This document shows, in pieces, positions 23,701 to 37,701 of a DNA stretch of 64,000 nt. Where the stretch lies: NCBI RefSeq assembly GCF_022539665.2, contig NC_081331.1:620001-684000 (forward strand). The letters are read 5' to 3'. The position numbers were made by a program, and so were the translations under genes. This DNA is from Daphnia carinata. Taxonomy: Eukaryota. Each line of letters starts with the position of its first letter. The first letter of the stretch is position 1. The notes under the pieces are model-generated. The model made no database searches, had not been told where the DNA came from, and worked only from the letters and a program-made list of their open reading frames with translations.

Positions 23701-26700
23701 AAAGCAAAGCAACCGTCTTTATGACGCTGATTCAGTTCTGCGTGGGAGGTTTAAAACTGGACTGAAAAATGAACGAAATAGTTGCACAACGTTTCTTTTA
23801 TTGATTTTACTTTTAATTGTAGTTTAATTCGTTGCCGATCGCTTTCATTTCAACAATGGGTTGCAATTGATCAAAACCATATCACACGATGCATTGGATT
23901 CGACGGGGGGGGGAGAACTACACGTACATAAATTAAATATCAAGTGAGGGGGTATTTTAAAAATGAAAGACAGACCACCCTTATACATGTTCCAGTATAC
24001 ATACTTAAATAGCACACCCTTTTTTTCTCCTTCCGGATGAAAAGACGAGACCTACTCCAGAAGCCAAAACATTGTGCGAGCTTTCATGGAGGCCGTTCAC
24101 TCAAGCGGCAACCATGAAGAGGTCTATACAATCAGTTTTTTTTTTTTTTTTTGTATACGAATATTGTCTATATGCTGTGCCTCTAAAGCGAACAACAACA
24201 TAAAGAAAAAAAAAAAAGTATATAGAAAAGGAAAATCTTTTTCTTATGAAATGTCCCACAGCAAAACGGCGGCAATTGACAAGGCGGGTGGGGATTTAGA
24301 AAAGACTTGAAGCAACACATTTCTGGTTATATATCCAGCAGCGAAACTCTCAAAGAAACAAAAAAAAAGGAGAAAGGAGTTCTTTCGCAAACTACCCCAG
24401 ATCATGGCCGCAGCGGTGGGTCTCATTCACAATGGGGGATACAAATAAAAGAGGGCGCGCATATATAGAATCGATTCAAAATGTGTATACGTAGATTTGT
24501 AACATTTAGCTTCCAGTCGAGCGATACTGAGTATATTAGTACTGGGGCCTATTATTCATGCGGGTTGTAATGACTAAATAAAGATCCTTCTTCTGTATAT
24601 ATACTGGAGGTGAATCTGTTGGGATACAAAGATGACGTGGGCGGTTCCCTTTCTCCCAGTGAGTGGGGGTTTGCTGTGTAGAGACCACCGCTGTATTGGC
24701 TGTCTTTTACTAGCGCTATAAAGAAATTCAAGTTCATTGGAGGAGAAAATCGGCACAAGCCGACAAAAAGAGAACTCGCCGCTAAATATTTGGATGCCTA
24801 TCGTCTGTGTGTGTACATGTTAAAGGCATACAAACAAAAAAATAGAGCCATCAAAACAAAAACATCTCTCCTTTCAACCTCTGATATTTTGACCATTCGC
24901 GATTCGCCAAGGATAAAATTCTGTTCCCACACAGTTTTTGCAAAAAAACAAAAATCTTTTGAGTTGTGTTGGATATTGTTTTCAAAGTTTCATCAGTAGC
25001 CAAAAAAGAGAATAGCAAAAAAGATCAAAAGATAAGGAAAGAAGGGGATAATCGAAAGAGTAGGTCATTACGAACGAGAGGCCGTCAGCAGTCTAACAAA
25101 AGGACGACAATTGTACAATGCAACAGCAAAACACTTGAAGAAAATAAGCCATAAAAAGAGCTTTATGGCTGTGATTGTTGTAAACGCTAGACAGCCAAGT
25201 TCTATAGTTTGCAGACAACGTGAAAAGGGAACGAAGATTCTAATTGATCAAAGGCGAATTGAAATAGCCTAGAAAGCTTTAATCTTTTATACGTTGCATT
25301 GTTTTCGTTCTTTTCTTTAACTTGAATAATCGGCAGTTGTTTTCCTTGTAATGTAATCGTTCGCGTGATTCCCCTATACATTTAATGCACGTTATCACGT
25401 GTTGTTAAAGTATTAACCGTTAAGCTTGTTGACTCTTCATTTGTACGCAACGTTTCAAAGTTTCCAATCTTAATCAAAAGCTTCTGGAAAAAAATTTGGG
25501 CCTCAACTGATTAACACCAGATCAATCAGCAAATAACTCACGTCCTGTTGAACGTAACAAACCGTATCAGAACAATGTCACTCTTGCGCGAGATTAGCCC
25601 CATGTTTTTTACGACGTGGGCTTTGATTATCATTGACGCAAGTATTAAAACGACGACAACAAGAGGCACCAAAAATATTGTTCGTGTTTGTTTACACGGA
25701 AATGTGTTATTAGGGTGGGGGGGGGCTGTTGACGCCACATCTCTCTTTGTTCTAAGCCGTCGAAATCTAACAACGCAGATCGTGTACTTAACGTTATCTG
25801 TAGAGACAACATGCTGTACATTCGTCATCAGATTTCGTTATAATATTCAGCGCGTAACGTTTTTCTTTTTTAAACCCAACGAGATGTGACCTGTTACCTT
25901 CTCCAAGTGTTTAGCGAAGCGTCTCGTCATTCGACCAACGGTAAAAAATAAAATAGATTTATAAATATCCAACTCCCCGTCGTTTGACAGATATAAAGAG
26001 TATATTTTTCAAAGCTGATAGAGCATCTGTATCTTTCACCCTCCGTACGAAATAAAAGGGACCTTTGCATGAAGTAAGGTTAGGTTATAGGTGTGTGTCA
26101 ATAGATCCGCGACCGTCATAATAAAGCCGAAAAGAAACGGTGAACAACAACAAACAGGACAAAAAAATATATATGCTTTCTTCCGTGCATCAACTAAATA
26201 GAGACGTCCGTCCCAATCCTGTCAAAACTCTAATCCCCTTGTTTGGGGGGGGGGGGGGTCTCGGTTACGTTGTCTCTTCTGTGTGCATATCGTTTTGCGA
26301 CGGTGGGTCGGCTATTTTTTTTTTCGAATGTATAAAAGCAATCCAGCGTAGGGTGAGACACTACCTTTATGGGGAGGGGGAGTTTAGCCTTTTGATAAAG
26401 AGCCGTGGATGATTTGCCTTTGCGCTCGTAACGCCCTTTGAGAGGGGGAGGATATGCAGCGGTCGATATAACGATTGAAATAAAAAAAAAAAAACACGGA
26501 TATCAAGGGGTCGTTTACATGCACGTGACTCTCTCACAGCGTGTGTAATATATATTGTCGAGATTGTCACTCTCTCTCGGTGGTTGCCCTTAACAACTAG
26601 CGCATCTCTTTTTTTTTTTTAATGCACGCGCAAATAGGGAAGTGTTGCACCGCACGTTACAATGTTGTACAAAAAAAAAAATGGTGTTTAACGTTGTGGG

Positions 26701-29700
26701 GACGTACCGTATCTGCGGGGGTTCTTGTTTATTTGATTCGTAGTTTCATCGCGCGCTGTTTTATTGCAGCTGCCGAGCGATAAAAGAGACCCAACCTCTT
26801 TCATCTGGAAAATGAACAGGCTCATATAAAGGTTACACAATTAAACATTCAAAAGGCAATGTGTGTACATGGGCGGAATAAGATAGTGTTTCCATTGGCA
26901 ACACATCTCTTTGGAGTTCTAATTAGTTTGAAAAAAAAAAAACTTATTTTTTGATGTGTGTGCGCTTTTATTATTCATTGGGCCAATTGAATTCACGTAG
27001 AAACAAGCAACAATTGTTTTACTGCATTGGGATGATTCTTTAGAAAGGGACGTGTTAGATCATCATTCACACACGGGTCCAATGACTTTGTCCCCTATAA
27101 ATAGCCATTAAAAGGAGGACGAAGTGAAAAAAGAAAAACATTGAAAGAAATACAAGTGAGAAACGCAAAGAAAAAAAAAGGAGTCATCCTCGTAACTCAT
27201 TTCCGGCGTATAATGGCTACGCTCTGTTTCAACCGCCAAAATAACCTTCCTCTCAACACAGTCCAACTCGTTTTTTTTTTCTCTTTCAAACTTTGCTATC
27301 CCCCCAAAAATCCTCAATTTAGACTCTCACCCATGCGTGACATCACCTCATCCGTCTGCAAGTGTAAATATAAACAATGATACTACACATATGCGTGTAG
27401 TGATGCACTTTTTTTTTTTTTCCTTTCTGTATATACGGTATATTTATACACACACGTTTACCAGCTATGTGTTTTGCTAGAATCAGACTCTGGGTTGTCC
27501 CGAGTTTCAGTCGAGCGTGACACGCGCCTTCCTCCGCGTGCGGAATGGGACTCAAAAAATGTAGGACGTCTTCAAAAAAAAAAAAAAAAAAAAAAATGTT
27601 TTTTTCGTTTAATTTCACGGGTCTGTGCAAACGAGAAGAGTCATCGGTTGACACAGAGTCATATCGCTAGGGTCGAGTCATCCGCGTGTAGGCGTGGCAG
27701 TAGCTTACACGCGTGCGCTTCCATGTTCGGCCGCAAACTATTGCCTATCCAATGAGTCTGCCCGTATATCCTGCGATAACATTTCACCGCGGCTATACAA
27801 TTCTCAATGGCTGAGGTTTTGTACTACACACGCTCTCATCTCCCAATGAAGGAAAAGCTTTAATACCACAATGAAATTTGAATTTCCTAGCGTTCATTTG
27901 AAATGCGCCTATAAATATATGCATTGGTCTTTAAAGCCATTGCCGATCAGAAGAAACGAGTGCACTGATGCAGCCGCGTTGATTGATAAACACCGGGACA
28001 CGTACACTGTGCGGAAGAAGCCTATACTATCCACGTGATTGTGTTACTCGTGATCGTGCGCCGATGCCGCTGTTTTTTTGGACGGAGGCGATTGGATTTC
28101 GATCCAATATCGAGTCTTTTTTCCTCCTGTGTTCTTGTTTACATTCCATTCGAAAGTCCACGCAAGATTTCCGTCCGTTTGCATCCTCTCATTTATATTG
28201 TCTGTTTCCACGAATCATGGTCCACCTTTGTCATCCCTCGTAGTATTACATAATCTATATCAATTTACGTTGAGAATATGAGACTGTGCCTACGTATATA
28301 TAACGGATGGATTGATTAGCAATTTTGACCGAACCCCATTTGAATTCTAGTGCTAATGTCCCAAACTTGAGCATGTCAGAAATGTCCTAATAGGCCCACA
28401 GTGCGATGACATTTCATAGTATAGATACAGGCTTTCAGGCACTCAATCATTAGAAAATTACATCGGCTAATTGAATTAAAGACTACCCGATGTAGTGTCC
28501 TTCTTAGTCCAAATCTAGTCAGATGATAGGGCGTTAGACGTAACATTCGATATGAGTCGACTGACAAAACGTGAGCCAAGAAAGAACCACTGGTTTTTAC
28601 TGAACGTCATAAGGTGACGGCAATAAATTGGATGAGCAACCAGCACGCGTGAAAAACTGACACGCTCCAGCGGCAACGCGTATCACGCGCTTGGTATGTT
28701 CCAGTTTTTTAGCCGAAAAGAAAAAAATGACTGTCAATCTCCCCCTCTTCCTAGCAAGACAGGAAAGAGCCTTCATCTTCCATCTTCCGTTTGCTGGACG
28801 GATGACTGCAAGTGGATCAACTTTTACACATTCGTAATGGAAACAAACACATCCAAATAAAAATAGAAAAATAATAACCAACAAACAAGCGCGGCGGATG
28901 CAAATAGAAGATTTAGGTGATGGATGGGGGAGGTGTCGCCCTCACACGTACACCCACTAACAGCAGCAGTAAAAAGATGATTAAAGACTGTTATGTACCG
29001 CACGACGCCCATCCTCGGAGTCCGTTTCGATAAGAAATCTCTCGCTGCACCGGTTCAACATTTACATATTTCCATGATGAGTTGATTGCTGACTAAAGCA
29101 AAGGCCTCGAAAAACACTGTCTGACCCCGCTATGTATAGCCAAATGACGAACTGTTCGGGTTATTTACGGCCGTTGGACTTACACAGTGCCGCGTGCTAA
29201 CATCATGTTCGAACGGAACAACCCAAATCATTACAACAAAAAAAGACTATAAATTAGTCAAGACATTGCAAATAGCTATAGTAAAACATTCTCGACACTC
29301 GAGTTATTCAAATTGGTTTCTTTCGCCATTCTACAAATGACAAACGAGGCTGTTATTTAAATAGAAAATTCAGCAGAGGTTGACGGCCGTGTTAGTGTTT
29401 CGTGGTTTTTCTTATAACTCACGGCCACTCCCTACATATTTATGGACGGCGTTTGTAAAAGAGTTGTGCCGACACACTTCTCGTGTCCCGCAATCATTCG
29501 TCAGACGAGATAAATAAGGTTATGCTACGTTCGTTTTCATTGCGTTGAGGCTGCGTTCTGTATGAGTCAAGTGGTGCGGGAATACAAACGAAAGAACGAT
29601 GAGTTGCCTATCGAACTGAAAGACGAATGAACCCTAGTAAAAGAGAGGGGCAAAGCTATGTGTTTATTCTTTTTTTTTTAGAGAAAGAATCACTTGTTTT

Positions 29701-32700
29701 TCAAAGCGAAAAATAACTTGACAAAAGAGCAAACATGTGTACGAACAACAGTCAAACCCAGTTTTTCAACATCCTGCCGGTTTGCACAATATTTGCATTT
29801 GAATCGCATCGTGTTTCGGTTCGTGTGTTTGTCTCAAAATAAACGTTTAAACAATAGACGTTTGAAACAAAAAAGCAAAAACAAAGCGATGATTGCCTTG
29901 ACTTTTGGCCAATGTTCGTCTGTAATCATGTGCCCTAGAACAACATCGAGAGAATTGTGTATACCAACGGGATATGCATCTCCATTCGCATCAAATTGCA
30001 AACTCACAACAAAAAAAAAACGGGAGTGCAATAACGTGTTTGTCTCTTCCGGTTCTTCGACCCCGCCATGTTGCTGATTTAGAAGGCTGTTGGAATATAC
30101 CGATGCCATTTCACTTGAAGACCTTTGGTATACATGGACTCGCATGGAACTCTGATTATACATTTTTGTTTTCTCAAACGAAGGATAAGACACCAAGTCA
30201 TTCGTCACAATCTTTTAGGAAACGACGAGCGGGGATTTGGGGATATTATTGCACACGCTTGAACAAACATTTGAGGCCGTCCGGTCACGTCGTGCTCCGC
30301 CATCTCGTCTTGCCATCTTGTATGGCTTTTTTTTTACTCAAAACATCACAGTATACACACAAAAGGCGTGCACATTGCAGCACGTCAGCTGCCTATTGTC
30401 ATGTTGATCCCTATTTTGACTGTGTAGATCGTTGCGGTCATTACAAGACGGAAGAAACGGGAGAGCCGGCAAGCAGTCGCGGGGGTTCGGCGCCTTATTT
30501 GCCTTATTAAGTGATAGTCAACCGCAATCGGGGGCGTCGCCGCCAATCCCGATTCTAAACCGAATCGTTTCAATTTACTGGCTAGCGAATACATTTTCTT
30601 GGGGGTGCTTACTGGTTTGCTGTACCGGTCACGATACCCCGGTTCGTGAAACCCCGATCATATTCGCATAACAAAGCGCGTTCTGTAGATACAATACTGC
30701 GCTAGAAAGAGAGAGAGAGAGAGAAGCCTTGTTATTGTGCGATACTCAATACTTCCTCTGATCCGATTGCTGTTTGCATCGATGCCTTCGGAATTTTAGA
30801 ACGCGGACAACGACTAACGCCACGTGATGGCTGGATTCATTATTGCAAGAAATCCAAGGAAAATTGTTTCATCGAGATTTCAAATAGTTTAAACAGGCAG
30901 AGGAACAAAAGGACGTGCTGAATTTTGAAATATTGCGTCTACAGTAGAAACACTGTTTTCCTCATTATCTCTCAAACAGTCGGCACTATCTCGACCATCA
31001 ACCCGACCCTCGTGTGCTCAAAAGCCTTGTTTTACTAGGGCATGTAAAGAAACACAAGACGTTTGTTTAGACGTGACGCCACAGACGGACCGTGCAACAG
31101 GTTAGTGCAACATTTTCACATGTAATGCCACCAATGAGGGTGTGTTGAAACGAGTACGCGCACATTCGTTCTAAATCCCGCGGCAATCGTTGGGGATTTG
31201 TCGTGCCCGTTGAAACACAAACACACAAACTGTTTGTTCGGGCCGGCGTATGCGAGAGCTTCAAGCGATAACGAATCTCTCGTTTGTCAACGAGTCCGAC
31301 AAAAGCAATAATATGGCCTTATAAAGAAAAGAAAAAGCCGCCAACAGTTCCACAGGGTGTTGAAACAACATGTTCGTGTGTCAATGTTGTACTCTTATCG
31401 CATCGTGTGACAAGCCTATGCAAATAATTTCAACGTGATGCAGAACGAGAAGGATTAGTTTTGCGTTCAAGGTTTTTGAGTCAATGCCGTTCCAGCGTCA
31501 TAAAATGCATTTACGAAAGCTAGATTATACAATAGCTTTTATGAGGGATTTGAAATGGTTTGACACCAATGCAATAGACATGTGCACGAGCGCAACGTAA
31601 CGAGGGCGACAAAAAGCCCACATTTATTTTTATTAATTAATGTAGACTAGACTCTGTTCGATTTTTAGGATTGGGCAATATTCTCAAATGTAATAACAGC
31701 TACTGGGCGTACTTCCCTACACGGAACCGGACGGCTCGACTCCGATTGCCGTGCACCGAAGGGTGAAAATCCGTGCGTCAATGGATTTGTAATGTACAAT
31801 ATTAATAGAACCGGACAGGTCATGCTACTTGCTACCGTGTTTGGCATTGTTGACGGTATAAAGCACACAATGAAGTAGGATACGAAAAAGAAAGAGAGAA
31901 AGACCCAAGAACGGCAAAAACAAGCCAATGTACTATAAAGATTCGTTATGTTATTATTACGCGTATCTCATATCGTTCCAGTGATGACCTCATGAGCCTT
32001 TTGAGCGGCACTGTATTGAATCGCTCCCCCTTTTTCTTTTTCACCTTTTCTTCTTGTTGGTACACCTTTCAATTTGGCCATCACAAAAAATCGAGGGGGA
32101 AGCAACAACAACAGATCCGATATCTGCCTCTTTAATAACGCGTCGACAGTCAACCATATACACACATATATGTTATTAATCATCTATATTTATGATATAT
32201 CAGGACATGCATATACCCCCCGTCAGTATATAGCCCATATCGTTTTTCCACGTGGTCGGCCACCAGCTATAACGACTGGGGTGCGCAACAAAACACACAC
32301 ATATATATAGTCAGAGAGAGAAAAGTATAGTCCACTGTACTTCACATAGATCCTCAATGTGTTTCCGGTTGGGCGACCTCTGTTTTTCCAAAATAGTACA
32401 GGCAAAAACAGCAGACTCCAGCAATGTCCGGGCCCATTCAAACATCCCCCCTTTTTTTTTTATTTAATACTCTGTTCAGTGGATGTCCCGCATTACATAT
32501 AAGGCAGTCGAACATATGGAAAGAGTATCGAATTCGACCGAGCATCACACAACAACAACAACTGTTTTCGTGTGCGCTAATGAGTGAACGCGTCGCTGGT
32601 CGTAACGTACCGCTGTTGTGTTTAGCTGCAACACGCACACACCCTGATTACGTTATAATGTAGTCTACTTTTTCTGTTTGACCTTTGTCACCTTTTTCAT

Positions 32701-33630
32701 GTTGCAGAACTATTTTGAAAAAGGATGAATGAAAAAAAAAAGCTCTCATGTGGTGCTCTAGAATTCATTTCACATCATACTATTGCACGAAACGATAAAG
32801 AGATATGAAAATGGGGTTTAAGAGTTGTTCTTTTAATACGACATAATCTTCAAATTCGTTGGTTCGTTGGTAAATTAGGTTTTCTTTTCCCCCTTAATGT
32901 GATAAGCAGTAAGTCAATAAAGAGATTTGAAATTTTTTACGATTGAACGAAAGCCAAAAGGTGGATTGCAAATGATGAAATGGAAACGACATGCTCTATA
33001 GATGTGCTTTACAAACATGTTGTTTTGCAAGTAAAATGAGTCCATGTGCTTCGCTGAAAAAGGTGGTAACTGATAATTGGATAAGTCATTCCTTTTTATT
33101 GCACCGGCAATACAATCTAAACGGAGAAAAAATAGTTTGATTTATAATGAGACTAAGTAACGGAAACAACCAAGGTCTAAAGAACCATTGGGTACAGCCA
33201 TTCGATCCTGATGACGGCAGAAGGGTCGCGTTACGGGCAATAGCTACTGGAACATCATCGACTCATCCGTTAGTTCATGAAATCAAAACGAAACGTCGCA
33301 AAGCGGGGATTTTTGCAGAGGTAAATACAGGCGCCAATGGAACGTCTGGAGAAACATGGACCATCTATCGGATCTTATTCACGGACTCATTTGCATTAGT
33401 TTGTTTTTTCATGCGATGCTCTAATTTACGATGCTTCAAGGTTAGGTACAATGACGCAATACGTAACGAGAAACCGTAGTTCTTAAACATTTTCTTTGTT
33501 TCTATTGCGATCCCGTCTTCAGATATTCTGAACTAGACGTCCTTTGCAAAACATTTATTGTAAACTTTATGAAATGTACTGAAGCAAGATTTCGAATCGT
33601 AAACGCCGCGTAGCACCATCTGTCTTACAG

Positions 33631-33964
33631 AAACCAAACCAGCGAACATTGTCGACGACTGGTATGATGCAGTTCGTCATAAATCCATCAAGCGTATCTT
33701 TCTACTAGTAATCGGAATTGTCATTTGATTTTGTGTTCTTAATCTAAAAATTATATGATGGTGGTATAAAATGCAGTGCGGCTGCACTGTACCATGGCTT
33801 GGGAATAGTTTCCTGCGGGAAACACACACTACGTCCAATTGGATAGTAGCATCTTCGTCATGGACGGGCTCGACGGAATGGAAAATGGAATCCACTGCAC
33901 AGGATTCCTGCACAACGCCAAACAGAAATTTGGCTGGAATGATTTTACGTGAATGATTTTACGT
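33631..33964 (+). pseudogene. Possible decayed protein-coding fragment
   Basis: Exon-like block 33631-33693 (ttacag| ... |gtatct; TKPANIVDDWYDAVRHKSIK), an 83-nt AT-rich intron-like gap, then a frame reading MAWE*FPAGNTHYVQLDSSIFVMDGLDGMENGIHCTGF with an in-frame TAG at 33806-33808. It ends in a 14-bp direct repeat. No family assignment verified. Confidence 0.3.
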
Positions 33965-34767
33965 GGACTTACTGGGCATCATTAAATAACATAAATTATT
34001 GATTTAAAATTTAACTAGATAATCAAATATTTTTCAATCATTTTGTCGTTAATTAATTATAAGTGTAATTTTTAAATTTAATTTTTTTAATCTCTTCGTA
34101 CAGGGGGGTTGTTATTAGTTCACGGCTATTCCGCTAGGGCTCGTAGAAGTGGATGATAAGTAAAAGGTTATTTTTATTTTCCTGTTTTGTTAATTTCGGT
34201 TAAAAATTTGCACTCATTATTATTGCAAATTGTTGTTTTAAAAATGGTTTGTGTATTCTAAAGCTATAATTGTTCATTGTATCACATGACGGTGACGTAA
34301 TGGAAGGTCAACAATTCATTCATCGTTTCTGCTTCCTAAAATTGTTTTTTGTTGTTCATCTGGTTATATTTCAATGGTTTTTCATGCAACCAAATGTTTA
34401 TTCTGAATTTCAAGTGTTTTTCTGAGAAGTAGAACAAAAGTTTTGGCACAGTGCATTGGAAATGGTGCAAGCAGAAAACATCGTTTCTGGCAGCCATTTT
34501 GTATGCGACTAGTCGGTTCTCGGACGTACTCGATGTAAGTCGTCGTTATCACAGGTTCCAATACGCGCGGTAAGTAATCGTAGATTTCATATTCATTTGA
34601 TGTTACATTGATTGATACACTCACACAAAACTGTGAGAAATTCATCTTAAGCATTTCGACTAAATTCAATTAGAGAAATTCCATGCTGATGTCCGTACGT
34701 GTGTAATTCGTTTTCTACTTTAGCAGTAATAATTTGTCTTAAACTAAAGTGAATGGTTGCAAACGTT

Positions 34768-37701
34768 TCAGGCGTTGTGTATGAAATTTCGAATGTTACT
34801 TAAACATCCTGCTGCAGCCGATTGAATTTCAACGTCGCCACATCCAACCAATTTCAGCAATAGCTATAGTTTCCATTGAGGTAAGAGAAACAAACATTGA
34901 ACTGCGTTTTAAGATCTAAACTTAGTATGTTTGCTACAGTTACCATGACAGCTCCATGATGATGAAGAATGAAACAATTTTCGCGATCAGACGAGACCTG
35001 ATGAAGAGCTTTAGCTGCCGCCCTTCTTAAATCTAGATGGCTCGATCGTAAATAGCCGATAAGTGGCTTAACTCCACCACCTTGACCTAGTTGAGCCGGA
35101 TTACCTGGCCATCGACAACACTCTGCAATCGCTTCGGCGACGCGTAACTTTAGATCTCGATTTTTCTGTCCAAATAAAGTCTTCGTCAACTAAAACGTAC
35201 TCTTTCATAGGAAGAGATTAAATCATACATGTCTAACTAGTGATGCCAGTAGAGTCACAACGTGATGGTCAGAAAGAACGGCGAGAGTTTCATCTTCGGT
35301 GGCCATGCGAGCCACAGCCGCAGCAGCCGCCGTCACCACTTCTAATTCCGGGGCTCGAAGGAGACTTACCAAAAGTTCCAGTCCGCCGACCAAACTACGA
35401 GCTACTTCCCCCGCTCTCTTTCATTAAGTAAAACAAGCAAAGATGTTGTTGAAATGTTGACACTGAATTGTTTTTATGATTTAGAATTTACTTTTGAACG
35501 TTCGGAGAAAGCAGCAATGGCGGAAGCCGCTCCCGCTTGCACCACGGGAGATGGATGTTTGAGTAGTGACCATAAAAGTCTGGCGGCATCGATGGTTTCC
35601 AATAGTTCTAAAGCCGCTACATCAGCCGTCAAGTTGGCCATGGTCAAGGCAGCTGCTGACAACAACCCGGGATGATTACCAGAGAGCAACCAGACAAAAC
35701 GTGGCACTGCACGCTCTGTACGGAGTAAGGCTAGGCTCTCTGGATCTGTTCCAATCACTGAAATGCTGCTTACGATTGGCAAAAGCACCTGTGAAAGGTA
35801 AATACTCCTTAGTGGTGAACATGTTGTCTGTTAATTAGACATTGTTCTATCGTACTGACCTCTTCTGTAGATTGATTCAAATGACGAATGAAGATGCGAA
35901 CTATGCCCAACTGTCTGAATCGATCACGAGCTTCCGGCGAGAGAGATAATTTCCACACGGCAGTTGAAACAGCCTTTAGCAGCGATATGTTAACTTGTGG
36001 TTTTTCCACTTGCTTTTCCTCAACGTGAGATGTTGGCCGATCGATTTGAATTTGCAGTTCTAATGGCTGCTCGTCTTCTGGTCTGCTACGTGGTATGGTG
36101 TAATTGGAGGCCATCTGCAGTAGGTATTCGCCTTGTTTAAGAACCCAAACGAGCGTTTCTGTTGCTTTCAGTTGCGTCAAAACCCGGCGATTTGCTTCAT
36201 CTTCGGCAAACTGTGATTTACCGTGTTAAAAAAAAGAAACAACTGTCAATGTTTGTGGTGGAAAGAGAAGGTCCGATCATACGTGAGCAATGGTGGACGC
36301 GCAAAGTGTTTGCAATGTTTCACAATCGTAGCGCATGTGGCGTAACAGTTGGCCAAGTAACATATCAGCCCTAACTGACGCACGGAAGATATCCTAATGG
36401 AAGCCAATGTCTTTTTTTTTTTTTAGAGCTGTGTAGTTAAAATTACAAATTAAAACAACGTACGTCAGCCGCACACTGGTGGATGACTCCATTAACTGCA
36501 GTTAGGAGCTCAAAATCCAGCTCGGAATCCGAACAAACAGAAGCCGCCATGGCTCTTCTACTAGTTGACCTTTAGTGAGTATGTGTGTTATTGATTTATG
36601 TTGTGATATGGTTTTAGGAAAATCGAGAAGCATAATTGTGGAAATAATGAATACTTTGGTTTCAGATTGACAGACGGCCGCGGACCAATGGTAGTGCTGG
36701 CTACCGAAGGAGCTCGATGGTGCGGCAGAGACGAAGAAGTTGCTTGTGGGTTCTCTCGATACACACCTCCAATGGACAGAGTCAATCTCGTCAAAAGCGG
36801 AATTCCTCCTGCTAGGTACATATCACGACGGGCTGACGAGCTGTAACTTAAAGATCTTAATGCTTTGGCAGCCGCAGTAGCCGCTTGGATTTTCTGTTTA
36901 GTTGCAGCTTTCAAATTGAATTCGTCCGTTGTCATGACCACCGGCGCATTTTGGATATCTAACAAATCTACCTGAGATGACCGTACAATCCAATAAAGAA
37001 AATGTTAATCATAATGCAAAATAATTGAACGCACCAGCAGAGGTACAGCGCCAGCTTTACGGGTAAGCATTCTGGAACGATGATTGTTAACAGCGTGAGC
37101 TAATGTACCGGCGGCCAGACACCGGACGTCTGGTTCTGCTTCTGACAGGAGCTTTACGACCGTAGCGATACCGGATTTCATGACTAACAAGCGCTGGAAA
37201 TGCTGGATTTTAACCATATTTTGTAATACTCTTAAGGCAGCCACTTTACACTTGTGGTCATCAGCTTCCAGAACGTTGATGAGGACATCAACTGCCTCCG
37301 AATTCTCCAAAGCTTGCTGGCACATAGGAAGAGCGAGATCGTAGCGGTTCAAGCCGCAAAGCGCTAATAACGTTGCTGTAGGACTTCCAAACTATTCGAT
37401 TGTCACATAAAAGTATATTAGAAATCAATGAAACTTAAAGATTTACCTTAATGTATTTGACGACTTTGAGCAGGAACCAATATTGTGGAGAAAGTTCTGA
37501 ATCGGGAATGAATTGCCTGGGCAAAATGGGCAGTTCGTCGTCTTCAGACTCTTCCGATTCTTCAGGTTTTTGATGTTCGTTGTTCGTTGCATGGCCATTG
37601 ACGTAATCAGTTTGGGACATTGCCATTGAAATAGATCTCGTGGACTGCTGCGAAATCCTTCTTCCATTGCAGTTAACTCTTCGCCTCCTCGATCTAGCCA
37701 T
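34768..37701 (-). CDS. ODAD2: Armadillo-repeat outer dynein arm docking subunit (ODAD2/ARMC4/gudu-like), 10 exons, ~766 aa
   Basis: Exons 37701-37447, 37391-37035, 36971-36655, 36569-36464, 36393-36283, 36210-35860, 35788-35492, 35417-35229, 35165-34944, 34863-34768. All introns are GT-AG and in phase (2301 nt). ARMC4-type motifs: YWFLLKVVKYIKFGSPTATLLALC, VLINVLEADDHKCKVAALRVL, RLLWSLLKHPSPVVQAGAA, GEVARSLVGGLELLVSLL, C-terminal IQSAAAGCLSNIR. The start codon is uncertain because the frame stays open ~100 nt further upstream. Confidence 0.88.

Noticed and set aside
24528..24546. TGAGTATATTAGTACTGG, superficially like miR-12
   Set aside because: The middle does not match the mature miRNA and no precursor hairpin is evident.
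26075..26091. TAAGGTTAGGTTATAGG resembling the arthropod telomere repeat TTAGG
   Set aside because: Only one perfect unit; too short to be meaningful.
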